Positions 23,701 to 38,419 of a DNA stretch of 64,000 nt are shown in pieces. Source of the stretch: Tubiluchus corallicola (Eukaryota; Animalia; Priapulida). The stretch covers positions 558,001 to 622,000 of the forward strand of contig JAQGDQ010000098.1 in assembly GCA_030141605.1 (NCBI GenBank), written 5' to 3'. Each line of letters starts with the position of its first letter. The first letter of the stretch is position 1. The notes below the pieces were generated by a model. The model did no database searches, was not told the DNA's origin, and was given only the letters and a program-made list of their open reading frames with translations. The translations under genes were made by a program, and so were the position numbers.

Positions 23701-26700
23701 TTTGTGATATACATATTTATCAACGATATTTATTCAAGGTCACAAGTAGTGGAGCAATACAGAATAGCAAACATATTCTCAGGAAATTAGTTGAATCTTG
23801 CAACAGTATGAACTGAAATTATTCAAATGTCATCAATTCACTGAGCACCACAAAAAAAAATTCATGACACTAATTAACCAAAAAAGTGTGGAATAAAAAT
23901 ATATAAGAAAATTTACAACTCAGTGATAAACAAGATAACATCGGTTTACAATTAGCCTGTCTTCCAGACATAATATGTACACAGATAATAATAAAATGAC
24001 TCATTACACCACAAGCAAATTAAGTGTTCACACGAACAATGTTTTACTGTATTACAACATTAAAAATGTACAAAGACGATCGATGCAAAACGCTAACAAA
24101 AAATGAACATTAGTAAAATGTTATTCAATATTCACGAATGTTTTGTGAAGCTGTTCAAGTTAAGTACTTGCCAATTTATATCTTTTTAGTTACCTATTAT
24201 CTTAACAATACTTTATTCTAATTTGTGTGACTATGTTGCCTGTTTTACACAAGATTTTAAAATTACAAGTATCTTACCAATGTTTCCACAAAGGCCCATG
24301 GCCATCCTGGTATCCGTATATAATCCACGCTGCAGCATGGCACAACTCATGAATCAACGTGCTTTTTACCCTTTCTGTGTGCAGCAAAAAAGTTAGTATT
24401 TAGTAGAAAATGCCAAATAGGAAATAATACACTAGCACAGCAAAGCTACTGATAACTACTCAGTCCAATTTCCAATTGAGACATCAGCATCGTGGAATCA
24501 TTAAAGGCAAGAAAATGTTTATTTAACAACAAAGATTAAAGTGAACAAAGGTCTAAAAAACTGGATGGTTTCTCTTTAACTAGGTAATTTATAAGCAATA
24601 CTGTTGCCTGCTTGCCCCACCAACTTCAAATAAGGGTCTTTATTTTCCTGAGTTTCCTTAAAATTTAAGATGCCCAAAACAGTACAAAACAACAGATTTT
24701 ACAGTATGGCATTTGTCTAAAAAATCTGCTAGGTTATAAAACTGCCAGTAAAGTCATTCAACATTATTTCGTTTTAAAGTTTAACAACTAAAAGATATGC
24801 AGCTACAAGTCAACTTACACCACTTTCTTGGTACACTTGTAAAAAACCATTTACATTACTAAATTTTCCCAATACACAAAATAATGAAATTTGCTCACCG
24901 GCCGAATCACACACTTTAGTTGAGAGTTCTATACGTGACCTTCGTCCATATGGTTGCTGCTTGCAGTCACGCTTATTGTAACAAAAACCAGCTGTTTTTC
25001 TCATCCTTGGATTCCAAGTGATACTCAAGTCTTTTGGAAGCTAACAAAAAATTTTATGAATGATGATTGTGCATTTTATATATTCAAAAATGTGGTATTA
25101 TGCTCCTTTATATGATTGTATCTTTTTCAAGTTTTCAATAAATTTTTGATCTACTACATTACAGCAGAATCTGTTATAACCAGCAACAGCTTTAGAATGT
25201 ATTACTGAGAAGAAAAACGTCTTTTGCATCATTTCTAGTTACATCATGCATTGAAGCGCTAAAGGGGAAAGAAACCATGGATCTTTCCTGAACAATGGTC
25301 TAACGTCATGGCACTCCATCAAGTGATAGAAAAGAATGGAGTGGAAGTGAACACAACAGAACAGAATAAAATAATAAGATGGCAACATAACAGGATACAT
25401 TAGTCAAATAAGAGTAGAGTAACAGTTACAGAAAATAAAATGTTATAATCACCAAAAACAGGACGAGAGCAGTTTTCACTGGAAAAGAAATAGCAGGGAA
25501 AAAGATGTATTCACCAAAAGTCTACTGTTAACATTTCGGCATCACCAGTAAGTTCAGGAAATGGCACAATAAGGATTTTTCCAAAAATTTCTTTTACAGT
25601 ATATATACGGCACATATTAATGTATTATAATAGCGCAACTGATAAATATTTGTTAGTAATAATGTACAAGAATATTTATATAATACAAAATCTGACGAAT
25701 TTCTTCGTACGAAAAACCATGTAGGTAGTTTTCCCCTTCAGTAAGCCAGTACAGCTCATAGGCAAATATATCAGAAATTACAAATAGCAGTGTTATTAAA
25801 ACTGGAAAAATTTTCCGCAACGAATATCCTATTCACTCTGAAGGTTGTGCAAGGAGAATTCATGTTTAACAGAGAATGTGTCTTTAAAAAAAACTTTTGA
25901 ACAATGTATACATGCTAACAGCTCACATGTTCTCTTAGCTATTAAAGCTATTATTAGCTCTTAGCTATTATTACTCAAATGAGGAAGCTTCGGCAATCGT
26001 TATCGCCATGGTAGAACGTATGTTATATAGTATGCCCAGTATACGATGCAGGGTCTTTCGATATTCAACAATCATCAATTTTATACTTCTGTCAGTTAAA
26101 TTAAAAATTGAACAGTCACAGAATGCACAGCAATAAGCATTGAACAATTTAAGCAATACACGTTTGTTACTCACAGTTTTGAAAAAACACAGTAATGAAT
26201 TCACTGCTTAAATGAAATTATGCATGCCATAACTACTTCGGGAGACTGAGACAGATTATATGTAAATTAGTAGCCTAAATGAGATACTTTGTTATGCCAG
26301 CTTAAAGTTAAACCATTAACTGATATCCGAGATAATCTACATTCTTTGGAAAGTACAAACAAAACACATTTGGATTTCATATGTTTAACAACATGTCCAT
26401 CTTATTTGCAAATTTAGCACAAACATTTAACAACTTTTTTAAACATATTACACTTGGTACCAGCAGTGCAACATTATCTGCATAGCTTAATGTGCCTACA
26501 GTTTGAAAAATGATACCCTAATTTAGCACTTTGGAGGCTGATTAACAGCTCATCAACGTACAGAATGAATAAAATCCCAGACAAAACACTTTCCTGTCTT
26601 ATACCATCTGTTATGATAAATTCTGCTAAGTAAGCATTAGTTGGCACTTTCTTTGAATTTTTAAGCTTTTCTCAAACAGGGTCAAAATGACAACTCTATC

Positions 26701-29700
26701 GAATGATTTTGTAAAATCAATTAAGCATGCATAAACAGGCGTATCTTTATTATTAAGAATCCTAACAGTATCCATTAATACCGACGTGCAAAGATCTGTA
26801 GAGCTTATCTTTTTATAAGCAAACTGAAGATCACAGCTGGCAAGTTTATTCTGATACTTATTTAAAAGCTAAGAGCTAAGGCTACCCCCCACCCATAGAG
26901 TGGTATGTGGATCTTTAGTCATTGGATTAACAAGTAACGTAAGACACATAACTAGTTTCTTAGAGCAATTCATAATGTGATCGCTGTCTAGTCCTATGGA
27001 TCCATCTCTTTTACTACTCTTTAGCTTTGATATTGCTTACTGGACCTCAGTTATACTGAGTGAGAGATTGATCTAGCATAACGTTTGTACATAGTCTGTC
27101 TTGCAGACATTGTAGTTCATTTACTATCGTCCCGACACTGTTACATAGTTGTCACTGAAAATCTTTTCCGATGTCATTGGCTATTTTCTTAACATCAGCG
27201 TAGCCATCAACGTTGTTAGACACGGTTTTATTTGTTTTGCATAAGCGCCTCACTTCATGCCAGAATGTTCTACTATCTTATTGCATCATTGCTTACGAAT
27301 GATTCCAAATTGATTTTTGATTCCGAATTGCATCTTGGTTTCACAGAACTTCTTTGAGTTTTTTATGGTACTTAGCGTGGGTACTGTTACATATGTTACA
27401 CAGCAGTCCATTTCCTGGTCTACCATTTTCGCACCATATATTGTGCCAAAACAGAGCTTGCTGCTCCAATGGTTTCACTAGCTCATTCCATCCTACAATG
27501 TAGCCTTTACCTGATCTGGACCCTGTGGGCTTTGTTTTTGCTATATGATGGTTCCCAGCATTCAGACAAATGTCAGTTATAAATTTTAGCATAACGATCA
27601 ATTACCCTGGTGATTACGCAGTCTCCATTTTGAGGACAGTACACAGTATTTTTTATGGATTGGATGTTCAACTCATCCAAGTTAGTATCAATACTTGACT
27701 TATAGTTGTTTAGATCTTGCTCAGTTGCTATTGACCAAGAATGGCGGGGCACGAAGATTTTCTCATTTATTTTGTTGGTCATCATTTTACAGTTCATCAC
27801 GAATGAAACAGGTGAATAATCCGACATATTGTCAATATTATGATTTACACTGGTTAAAACCTCGCAGTCTATATGTTTTAAGCTATAAGTTTTTTTGCAA
27901 TTTCACAGGTTTACAAATCTGGGCATTAATTCATTTTTCTTCCAAACCTTCTAACTTAACATATTAACTGCTGTATCTCTTTTTGACCGAAAAGTATACT
28001 TCAATAAAGTTTTATATAAAATTGTAAACAGATACTGATGCCACAAACCTTGTTATCAAAAACTTTTTCATTATATAGTGAAAACAGATGTGAAACAAGT
28101 TTCTCCCTTGTCTTCTTGAATTTAGTAACAAATTGGACGGCGTCGGCATGTCGCTGCTTTCCTGCGGGAAGCGAGGCATTTAGCGATCTCAAGAAGCTTA
28201 ACGATGATCCAGCAGGAGCAGTTACGGGAAGTTTCTCGCGTTTTCCTACAATATCAAATCATTAATTGTATTGATAAACATTAATTAGTAATCAGTTGTT
28301 GGCTAACTCCTTTGGAAATAATTCATTTTATATATAATGGTGATTATTTTTTTGTATTGGGCAAAATTATAGAATAATTTTCAAAGTAAGAAAATGACGA
28401 TGATACCCTGTGATAGGCAACACATCATGAGACAAAAACCAACTCAACAATCTCTAAAATCAATAAATATTTATCTATGAATAGGGTAAGTCAAACCCTA
28501 TGACACACTTTCAGAGAAACATATAGTGGCACATCTATAAATTTAGTCTGTAATCTCAAATAAAATTGTAAACTGAATCATTTGTGCAATCATAAAAATG
28601 ATTGTGTAACGGTGAAAGAGGTGGAAGGGTTGTAGGTGTTATTCTTAAGTCAAATTAAAATGTAAAATTAAATAACGGTATAAACAGCTACTAATTAGCT
28701 AGTAGCTCGAAGTTTGTTTAGAAAAATTCCATCTGATATTGTGAAGCCATATAAATTTTTGTGAAAACATGTTTTAAAACTACTACTCATTTCTACTTAC
28801 TAAATATTAAGAAATTTAAAATTTTCAGCTCGTCAGTACCTTTATTGGCTGGAGTTAAAACTTGTTCTGTCTTATTGCTAAGTACTTTTGAACTCTTCTT
28901 TACTGCAAAAAACAACCTAATGCTGCTATTAAAAGAAATAAGATAATATAGCGAATTAACATGCCAAACAGCGACCAGTACACCAGGCCAGAAATTTGAT
29001 GTTTAATGAACCATTCGTCGTGTTAAGAAAGCTGGTGTTTGTTTTCTCTGTGATAATTTAAACAAACACAACAACACTGATCTTAGACAATCCTTTAATT
29101 TTGCCTTTTTTATTTCACTAAAGTCAAGTTATCAGTTTTGGTAGCATAACAGTATGTGATAAAGTGTCAGCATCAGAGAATAATATCAAGTAATATAATA
29201 TAAAAATTCTGCATCAAAATGGGTCATACCAAAGAAAAAACATTGCCTTTGCTTACTGTTCTATATTACTTGCCCACATAAGCCATGCTAAGAACCTTTT
29301 AGAGTGCAAAATATTAAAGCAGTAACCCACTGATCTACAGTCACTGTAGTTGCTATTGTAAGCAACAATAAACATTCCATCATGAAAACCTCAAATGAAA
29401 TTGTGACAGACAAAACCAATAGGATCTAGACGCAAGAAGAAAATGTGCCCTGCAGAATGCCAAATTCAACTTTAATCCAGATACCTTCAAATTTATGGGA
29501 CAAAGCCATAACGAGATTGCACTTAACATCATAAAAGTCAATCTAGAACACAATAAAAAAATACTGTACCTTTTTTTCTTATACAAACATCTTTAACTAC
29601 AGGTGGCGCTGAAAATATCAATGAAGATTTTTCAGTAACCCAGTTCTTCGATAGAATTCTATCGGCTAGACCGAGATGAGATACATCTGAAGAATCCGAT

Positions 29701-32700
29701 AAACTAGAGTCTGTGTCATTAATGAATAAAGTGTCATTTACGATGTTTCTGAAAATAAAGTATCATGAATGTGTTACTATAATTAGCATAATAATTTCAA
29801 GGAAAGATTTCAAAAAAGTGACCATTTAGTAAACAATTAACCTTTTAAAACATTGAATTACAAATTTCACAAATTTTATTATTGCTATTTATTTTTGTCA
29901 GCAAATCAAAGCCACTAGGTGCTATGACTATTTGTTTCCCTCCCAAACTTCACCAAATTAGGTTGCAAAAGTACCAAACAGACAACATTCTTGGGTGCAT
30001 AATCTCAAACTCACATCAACAGTACATCACAATGAATAAACATTCAATACTACAATTTGTACTCTGCTCATCTTCAAATATCGTAATAGGCATTTATAGA
30101 TATATAAATTAAGCTGCAAACTTTAGCACTTCAGCAGTATTTAAATGAATGTAACGTCTTTTTGTTTTTTAAGAATATATAAATATTTGATTTCTAAATT
30201 CTGAACATTCTACAAGCTCCAGTAGCACCAAATTTTCGTGATAGTAATCCTAGGTTTCTATATAAACCATATCAAAATTATCTATAAAACATTTATCTTA
30301 CAAATCATCATTTCAGGGAGTAAAAAAATATGAAATGAACCAGAAACAGTTTAAGAAATGTGTATTTTTCAAAATCATGTTCAGCGTCTTTTGACGCAGA
30401 TGGCATTCTTCAAATACACATATTAACGAATGTGCAAAGTAAATAAAAAAGTACTAGCAATATTGTTGTTGGATTGAGTAGTATTGTAGAAATAAGAAAA
30501 TCTAATTATGCAGTATATTATGAGCATTACAAAAAATTGCTCATTGCACAGTCGAAATAAGGAAAAATAAGGAGCCTCAAAGAAATACATGAGATGTACA
30601 TCTAACATGGCATTTGCCATTAAATTTGAAGATTTGTGCACACAGCTATCAGTGGATAAGAAACGAAAAAATGTTCTGTTACTGTTCCTCGGCACTAGGT
30701 GTTGCATAGAGTCACAAGATGGTATATCAGTTGCATAGGCAGTTACAGTAAGTATTTTAGCATTAATCTTTTTTCTTACCGGCATCTGGGTGATCTTGCA
30801 ATTGGCGTTTTCAGCTTCTCCAAAACTGCAAAACACAAAGCAGTAATTCTAAAGTGTTTTCTAATAACAGATAAATAACATTCCTGGGTGAAATTAAATG
30901 TTTTCCGTGCATAAAAAAGACTGCTAGACTCACAATTGTGAAACAACAATAGGTGCCATTTTGTAATATAAATTATTGACCGGCTTTGCGGTCTACGAAT
31001 CTCTCTCTATAGGCGTGGCATTTACATTTATGCCTATAAATGATTTTTGCAGCAAGAGATGTGACTGCATTCAGACCCATTTAAAGCATAACAGCAACTT
31101 ACAGTTATCAAATTCTTCGTCCGAATCTGAAGATGTAGCTTCTTTCTTTTTTTCATTATTCTGTGATCTGCAGCAAAAAGTAAGACAGTAGCAGTAGCTA
31201 AAAGCAGACAAACTATAAAAAGACTCACTTTTTTGGCACATTGAATTACTGAAACACCAAAATTACTAACCATGGGAAAACAGCTAAGATATATCAGAAA
31301 GATCATGAGATCTAGCGGCCTCATGTTCATTTCTTAAACAAATACATTAACTGAAGCAAATTATATACAATTATATACATATATACAATTACTATAGCTA
31401 TGATGACTACAGTCAAAGCAATGCAGCAACATACAAACAAAAAGCAACATAGTTTATAAATTTGACAATATTTATTCAGATAACCAAGAAATGAAGTTGC
31501 AAAATACTAGACACCATTTTGTGCTTACCTGGGTTTTGGTTTCCCCAAATGTGGCGTCACTAGTCGGTTGAGAACTAAAAGAAAGAATGAAAGCACGTGT
31601 TATGTGAACAATAGTACAGAACAATTTATTATATCAAAGTACCCAAACAATAGCGAATCCGTCATCCCCTCGAAATTTAGCGTAGAGTCTCATACATCTC
31701 ACAAGGCCAGTAATTTCGAGGATATGATTACAACAGTGACTGGAGGAACTAAAGGTCCTCCAATGCATCTTGCAAATGTCTCATATGCTTATCTGTTGAA
31801 TACTGATCAATGTCACGTTTTGTTATCATCTCACAGTTCACTCTGTTCTTCAGAATAACTCTAATGTGTTTGGAAGAATTGAGGCTCGGCAAATTTCCAG
31901 GCCATTCAGTTGAATTGGAAAAATTTATCCTGAATTTTCAGCTTACTACACTGATCATAACTCCCAAGATGGCAGGCTACGCAAGATATGTAAGGTTTTT
32001 ACACTAAAATTTGACGGAATGATAGATCCATGATAGATTCTCTTTTCTTTCAGTCATCCTTTAGTACAAAAAAATTTTTCTGTACATACTGTTACTCATT
32101 TTTGCACCAACTGGGAAAAGATTACGTATCACCCTGTACAGCATGTAACCAACAGCAACATTGCAAACAAAAGCAAATGAGAATTGGATATTTCAGCTTA
32201 TTACAGCATAAAAATAAACATGAATCATATGGTGCACTTAGCAAAGGAAAATGTTATCCTGCTCGATCCCATTTAACTTAGCAACTTTTCAACTTTCTTT
32301 AACAACAGTAAATTACTTACGATGGTCAAATTCATCATCTGAGCTGTTAACATCTGAGGAAACTATATCCTGGCTCTTCTTACTTTGCAGTTCTCTGTAT
32401 TAAGACAGATGTATATGTAGTTATAACAATTACCTGCTATTAGAAAGTGTTAGCTACTCCTATTTATTAGTTTCCACAGTCCTCGCATATGTATTTAAAT
32501 ACATGTGTATTTAAATGAGTTGATGGCCAACAGGCTCGAAAACAATTTTTGGTATTATGATTGTCCATAAATATTTTACTACACTAAATTACATGTTCCA
32601 CAATAAAACTTTCCAATTTAATATCAAATTGCAGTAATTAAAATATGCACTATGCTTCAAATTAGAAATGACAAGACCAAAATGCATTCAAATCCAAGTC

Positions 32701-35700
32701 CGTGAGCATGATTATCATTTGCTTATTCACGCCAAATGCTGACCAATCCACACGCCTGCACATTATGGACGGTTTACTCAACTATGACTAAACAGCTTAC
32801 CCTAATTTTCATTTTTTGGCTTCGTGATTGCACCCTTCAGCAAATCCACGGTTTTTCGTAACACCATTATCAAAGCCCCTATCTGCACATTAGAGTTCAT
32901 ATAAAATGAAAGTGAATACCTAAAAACAACCTGATGCCTAACAAATATGATGAAAAATTAGCTCACGGATTCTTCTAGATCTGATACAAATCTGGATAAG
33001 AAACAAATTATTTGATACTCACCGTACTTGCTGTCCATTACTGGCAAGTGGACAGGGCATCTCGTCCAAGTCTGGCAGCTCTTGAACTGAATCAGAAAAT
33101 AATGACTTCTTTGATCTTCCATTGCCTGCTTGTGGTGTTTGCTTGTTCTCATCAGACAATGCAAGATGGCTGCTCAAACTTTTCAAATCATCTTCTGAAG
33201 AGTGGTTCAAGTCTGGCAATTGGCTCTTATTAAAAGGAGCAGACCAAAGTTCCTCAGATTCACTGCCATCTAGAAAAAATAGTAGGGTTTGGTTCAACAC
33301 ATAATTTGGCACTTTGCCATTAATGCAATTTCACGTTAAATCTTTAGATGACTGCTGTCGTTAGGTTACCCATCTCTCCTACTGGCTCTTGTGTAATCGA
33401 ACAGTATCACTTGTTGTGCACAATACACTTATTATTAGCAGGTAAGATCTGGATTTTCCTTTCCTTGTGTTCGTTGTTTGTTTTTAAAGTTATGGAAACA
33501 TTTGAATTACGCGCAATCATTTCATGTTTAGAATATATAGCGTATTGAAGTCACTTGCTTACACCGCATAACTAATTAGCACATTACAGTCAGGATAGAT
33601 TTCCAATAATGCCATAGAAGTAGACTGCTGAAGATACAGAGATTTATAGATTGTAACATCTAGCAAGAGACAATATTTTCTTATATCTTGTCATATTACT
33701 GTTGACACTACGTCACAAATTAAATGATGTTGATTCAGTCAGGTAAGCAACTCTATGAATCAGAAAGACAAGGTTAAGGTCGCATAAACATTTAAAAATC
33801 GTGTAGGAATTCTAATAATGACTCTTACCATCTGATTTTACTTTATTGTTGCTGCCAAATCTTTCATTCTCAGAGAACAAAATTTCTGAATCTAAAAAAT
33901 GATTTCCATTAACGCTGTTCCCTGGAGATTTTGAAGAAAAATCCGTGGTCAAAAACTGAGGACCAGCAGTGATAATACTTGGAGAAGATGAGAGATCTAG
34001 AAAGCTTTGCTGGTTGATACTCTCAGTGCGTCGTGCCTGGGATTCCTCACAAGTGTCAATGCTAGAAACACATGAAACCTCATTTTGTCTTTTTAACCTA
34101 GTGGCTAAATCAGGCAACATAGATTCTTCCATGCAAGTAAAATACATAGATGATTCTCTTTTTTGGGGTCCAATATCAAGAGACTCCCGAACGATGTTTA
34201 CTTGCTCATCTAAAGCCAACTCACTTGGCTCACATTCTACAACTATTATACTATCCGTCATCTGAAATAAATTGGGTAGATCAGCATTTAATCTATCCGT
34301 GCTTATGTTCTCCAATGCACTAGAGCAACGAGAACTATTTTCGCTTCCACTCTGAAATCCCAAAGTAATAGGTTTGTCTTTACCAAGGAAGCTACTAAGT
34401 GAATCGTTTTTGGTTTTCCTCCTTCGTTCACGACCCGTCACATTATTGAATCTATTTTCATCTGATTTGATTAAATCGGTATAGCTTCCGCCACTTCCGG
34501 CATGGTCCAAGATATCTAAACATCTACCATGTTCACTAGACAAATCACTAAAATCTGATTTCTCTTGGCCGTGTCCTAAAGTGAGATGTTTCAGACGATC
34601 GTTTAAGCAGTTAAACGGAGAATTAGTCCTCGTCACTCTCAATGAATTACTTTTTTCATCGCAATATGATGACACTGCATGGTGTAAAGGGTTTGAAGAA
34701 ACTAGAGCTCGATTACTTCTATCAGATTCATCATCAGTGAGAAATACAGAATCAAGATACCCAAGATCAAAATTGTTCTCTTCATATGACGATATGTCTA
34801 AAGATGAAAGCGATAAAGCTTTCTTCGAGGTTTGATCATGAGTGTCGTTACGAAAAGTACCACAGGAGGTACTGTAGCATTCCACAAGTTCTGCTGTAGT
34901 GGAATCAGAAGTTGCTTTTGGTTTTGATAGTGCAGAATTCTGAGACTGGATATTTTCCACCAAATGCAAGAACATATTGTCACTCTCACGTCTGACAGGG
35001 CTGTTGTGTAGAGAATCCTTTGGCGAATTCATTGTTTTATGGGCACAAATGCGGCTTTCACTCACAGTCTTTCCTTTCATACAGTGGCTACCCATAAAAG
35101 TGGATAACAATGTGTCCTGTTCATTGATTCTGTGTTCACCATGGCTATTGGAGTGTGGTACTTGTTTCTTCACTCTTGTCTTTTTTCTTGACAACTTCAT
35201 TAATTTTTTGCCACTACTGGTTGCAACTCCATCTTTTTCTTCAATGAAGTGTGTGTCTTTGGTCACACTATTATGTGACGTCAATGCATACCGAATGGGC
35301 TGTTGGACTGGGCAGGAAATATTAGACGAATTTATTCCAACCTGTTAAATAGTATACATCAATTATCTTGCATTGAAAGTGAAAAATCTGGGACATAGCT
35401 TTCTTTTAATAGACTTCCAATTCTAATGATAGAAAAATGCACACAAATTTAATAATTTAATGTCCAAATCCCCAATACCTGAGTTTTTGATCTCATAAGT
35501 CTCCATAGAGACTAACATCATCTATTAACAAAAGCTAACGAGAGACAAATTGCCAAATTTCAATTAAATTTTAATTATAATTAGCTTGCTAGCTGCTAAC
35601 ACATGATGAGCTAGACAGTGTTTATTTAAGTCACCTTCCCAAGTTCAAGAAAAAACTGCATGCCTCATCTTTCTTTAGCTTTATTGTTTTCACATTAAGC

Positions 35701-36353
35701 TACAAACACAATTAAAAATATAACTGTTTCTAATACATGAAAGAGCGCGAAAGTACTGGCGGCGCTGAATATCATCAAATACATGAATGAGCTACATGAA
35801 TTGCATTATTATTTGTTTTGGCTTGATTTATAGCATTGAAAGTGACAGTTGATGTCGAAATGGTCATCTGCGCTAATAAACAACATGTTAGTAACTGTTT
35901 CTTCTAATAATTTGCATATTAACGTTCAAAAAATTTTCTATAAAATGTTTCTGTTTATTACCAATGCACAATAATTAAGCCAAAAACATAGCACTTGGCA
36001 ACATATAAAAAGTAAAATAATGGATTTCTTTCACGTAACGAAGATAGAACGTATACTAGGATAAGTTATGGATAACAACAACGTTATAAGCATGTAAAGC
36101 ACTGCACAGACAGAAGTTGAGCACTTCGCATTTCGTATGATTTTCAGGAAGGACATAAACCAAATATTTTGCTCCAACATTTGAAAAAAATCCAAAATAA
36201 TTGATTAACCTCACTTTAGGCTTGTTTTCAACATGATAGGTTACAAGAAAATCATACCGCCCCTGAATTTATTCCTGACGCATTTTCTTTGTTGCTTGAT
36301 CTTTTTACTGAAGATATGTCATTCTTTTTGTGTCTCATTCTTGCCGAAGCCAT
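20779..36353 (-). CDS. GCNA: Germ cell nuclear acidic protein (GCNA/ACRC): long acidic disordered N-terminus, SprT zinc metalloprotease, zinc ribbon and HMG-like C-terminus; about 1038 aa
   Basis: Exons 36353-36258, 35341-33829, 33269-33023, 32394-32321, 31574-31529, 31167-31103, 30825-30780, 29748-29570, 28902-28840, 28245-28049, 25040-24899, 24374-24278, 23663-23556 and 21022-20779 are phase-consistent (3117 nt). Motifs: WNPRMRKTAGFC, IELSTKVCDS, TLIHELCHAAAW (HExxH), GHGPLWKHW, CHDYTI..YRCTQC, GRHSKS..CGLCKG, FAMYVKENY..VMKILSAEF. Boundaries of the small IDR exons are less certain. Confidence 0.92.
21129..23250. mobile_element. Non-autonomous Tigger/pogo-like (Tc1/mariner superfamily) DNA element in a GCNA intron
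   Basis: TA-flanked imperfect TIRs: ta|CAGTATAATGCGTTTATAACGA at 21129 and TCGTTATAATGATGTTATACTG|ta ending at 23250. Subterminal TTATAACGAG repeats. Confidence 0.75.
21575..22830 (+). mobile_element. 5'-truncated non-LTR retrotransposon (CR1/L2-like LINE), RT C-terminal half, inserted inside the pogo-like element
   Basis: In-frame FLIYINDLP..IFADYT (degenerate YADD box) leads into ORF 21657-22487 with WMRANQLSINYKKTKFM, KYLGLLID..LTW..HI, YNSLVFPYLQY..WG and LWNSLP. A T-rich 3' region follows; its end is approximate. Confidence 0.9.
25950..27840 (-). mobile_element. Decayed LINE ORF2 (endonuclease tail, linker and RT; L2/Daphne/Crack-like) in a GCNA intron
   Basis: Frameshifted fragments: SDYSPV, GWNELVKP..ALFWHNIW..GRP..YHK, GIRQESVLSGILFILYVDEL (about 26610-26550), GTLSYADNV (about 26495-26470) and LLKLFNAYC. 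Confidence 0.8.
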
Positions 36354-37854
36354 ACTATTGACAAAAAATTAGTAGAAACCTGGAAATAAGAAAAAATATT
36401 AAAGAAAAACTGGACGATTGTGTAGACATTAGTTAAAAATAAAAAATGTTCTAAAATATTGAAAACCACAACAGCTCTTTTTAAATCAAAGTTTAGATTA
36501 AATAACAATTACCTCGGCTAATTAAATTTTGTTAAACTTTCAAAGCTATGCGCAAATCAGCAAATCCACTAAGAGTGGCAATGACACCTTTTTGTCACAT
36601 TTGTGCAGCCGACAAATAAGTGCGGTACTGAGATAAACATCATCATGAACTGCAGTATTCATCTGTGATGTCAGTGTGATGTAGAGCTCGTTTTCGTGAC
36701 ATCACATCAGCATCTTATAGCAATGTTCGCTTATGCAAACATGCTTGATGTGCAGAAAGATGCCTACCATTGTACAAACTGTGGATAGTTTGTCATGTAA
36801 GCAATAGCAGTGTCCAGTTGCCGTTAATTAACTTTCCAAAATGTATATTATGGACAGTAAATTAAAATGAGATTGAATCAATCGTCTGGTGCTCCTTTAA
36901 CTACATTTTCAAAACAGACAGTCTTTACGTTAAACATGATATTTAAAATGTAAAACAATTATTTTTACATAGCTAGTTCTCAAATTTTTTAACATTTTTA
37001 AGCATCTCAGCATGCAGCAAGTAACATGTTCATTCATCATGCATAATATTACACAACGTAATAGGAAAGATTTTTTTCAGAACATTAATTATCTAATGTG
37101 TGTTAAAAGTTACTTATAAAGTACATTGAATATTGACAACTATGAATATTTAAAACCGTTAAGTTTTAGACACAAAAAGCTGTTTTGTGGGAGTACAAAC
37201 ACTGGTATTACGGCACACAAAATTTACTCAAAAAGTGTCAAAGACTAAAAAAAGATTAATCATAAAAGAAAAAAGTTTTACTTGGAATCAGCTGAGTGAA
37301 CCAGAATTTTTTTCTATGGCTAACATTATTTATGAAGCAGAAAATGACATGCAAAATACTTTGGCAGTTTTTATTTGCACTGCAATTTCGGCAATGCAAT
37401 GCATCGGCTCTAATAAAGTAAACCAAGCATTGTAGGACCATATTCTTCCCAGAATTAAAGGTAGTCATCCTAACAATCTGCAAGTACTGCAACTAGACTC
37501 CTGGGCGTAAGATTCGCTGCTAGGCTACTAGGATGCTGTGTTATAATATAGTTTGCCTATAGTCTCCGTTGAATGTAGTATAAGTCACTCACAGCACATT
37601 TAAGAGGTAATCCGTGATAAAGAAGTTATGTTAGTTATAATTATGCAATTACCTTTATAGAATAGCCCGTGAGGTTTCCAGCTTTAAAGATCTAGGAATG
37701 ATGATGCAATTAATGATTAAATGATTTGAAGTTTAATGATCATATTCCTGAATTAGAAAAAAAGGCAGTAGACATATTGTATGAAAAAACTAATTGTAAT
37801 TAGCAGAGATTCTTTTGTCATTTTGCCTTAAATATAAAAGTTTAATCCATAATT

Positions 37855-38215
37855 GTTGCAATATGCTGCTGTTGTATGGTCGTCGCAATATATTATGTGT
37901 ATTCAGTGCCTTGAAGCAACTCAGAAGCATGGCTTCTGACAGCGCATCATATTGATTTGTCACTGTGACTTCTCTAGCTATACTGATTCAGAAACTGTAT
38001 ATAAGATTTTGAATGGTGATATGTACTATACTGCAGTCAACTGATTTATTTTCTAGACTTTCATTTACACACAAACAATTTTTTTTGTCCTAGCATTAGA
38101 ACTAATGAGTAATGTGGGGAAACATTTCTTTAGTCGCAATAATGTGGTTAGTTCATGGAATTGTCTCCCAAGTAATATGTTAACTTCAGAGAACATCAGC
38201 AAATTTAAAAGCGGA
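37855..38215 (+). mobile_element. Short degenerate CR1-like LINE 3' fragment
   Basis: Translates to LQYAAVVWSS..IQCLEATQK (LEYxxxVWSP..LExVQ) and KHFFS..VVSSWNCLP (FFSxRVVxxWNxLP) with frameshifts. Confidence 0.6.
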
Positions 38216-38419
38216 ATCAGAATAGCTCATTCAATGCCAATTATAGGCTAGCGTTAGTCAACCGTTCAACGATATCGATTCAATGTCAACATCTTTGAAA
38301 GGCATCTGTACTATAGAATAAATTACAAATGATTGCTTTGTTACATATTATTACATTTATTATTACATATATTACATTTATTTTTACTAATCATAACTCG
38401 TCTTATCCGAAACATACAG

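Noticed and set aside
28960-29047. Possible additional GCNA exon on the minus strand
   Set aside because: An acceptor is present but there is no convincing donor, and it is not needed for frame continuity.
33969-35348. Several + strand ORFs of 84-123 aa
   Set aside because: They are antisense shadows of the large GCNA exon.
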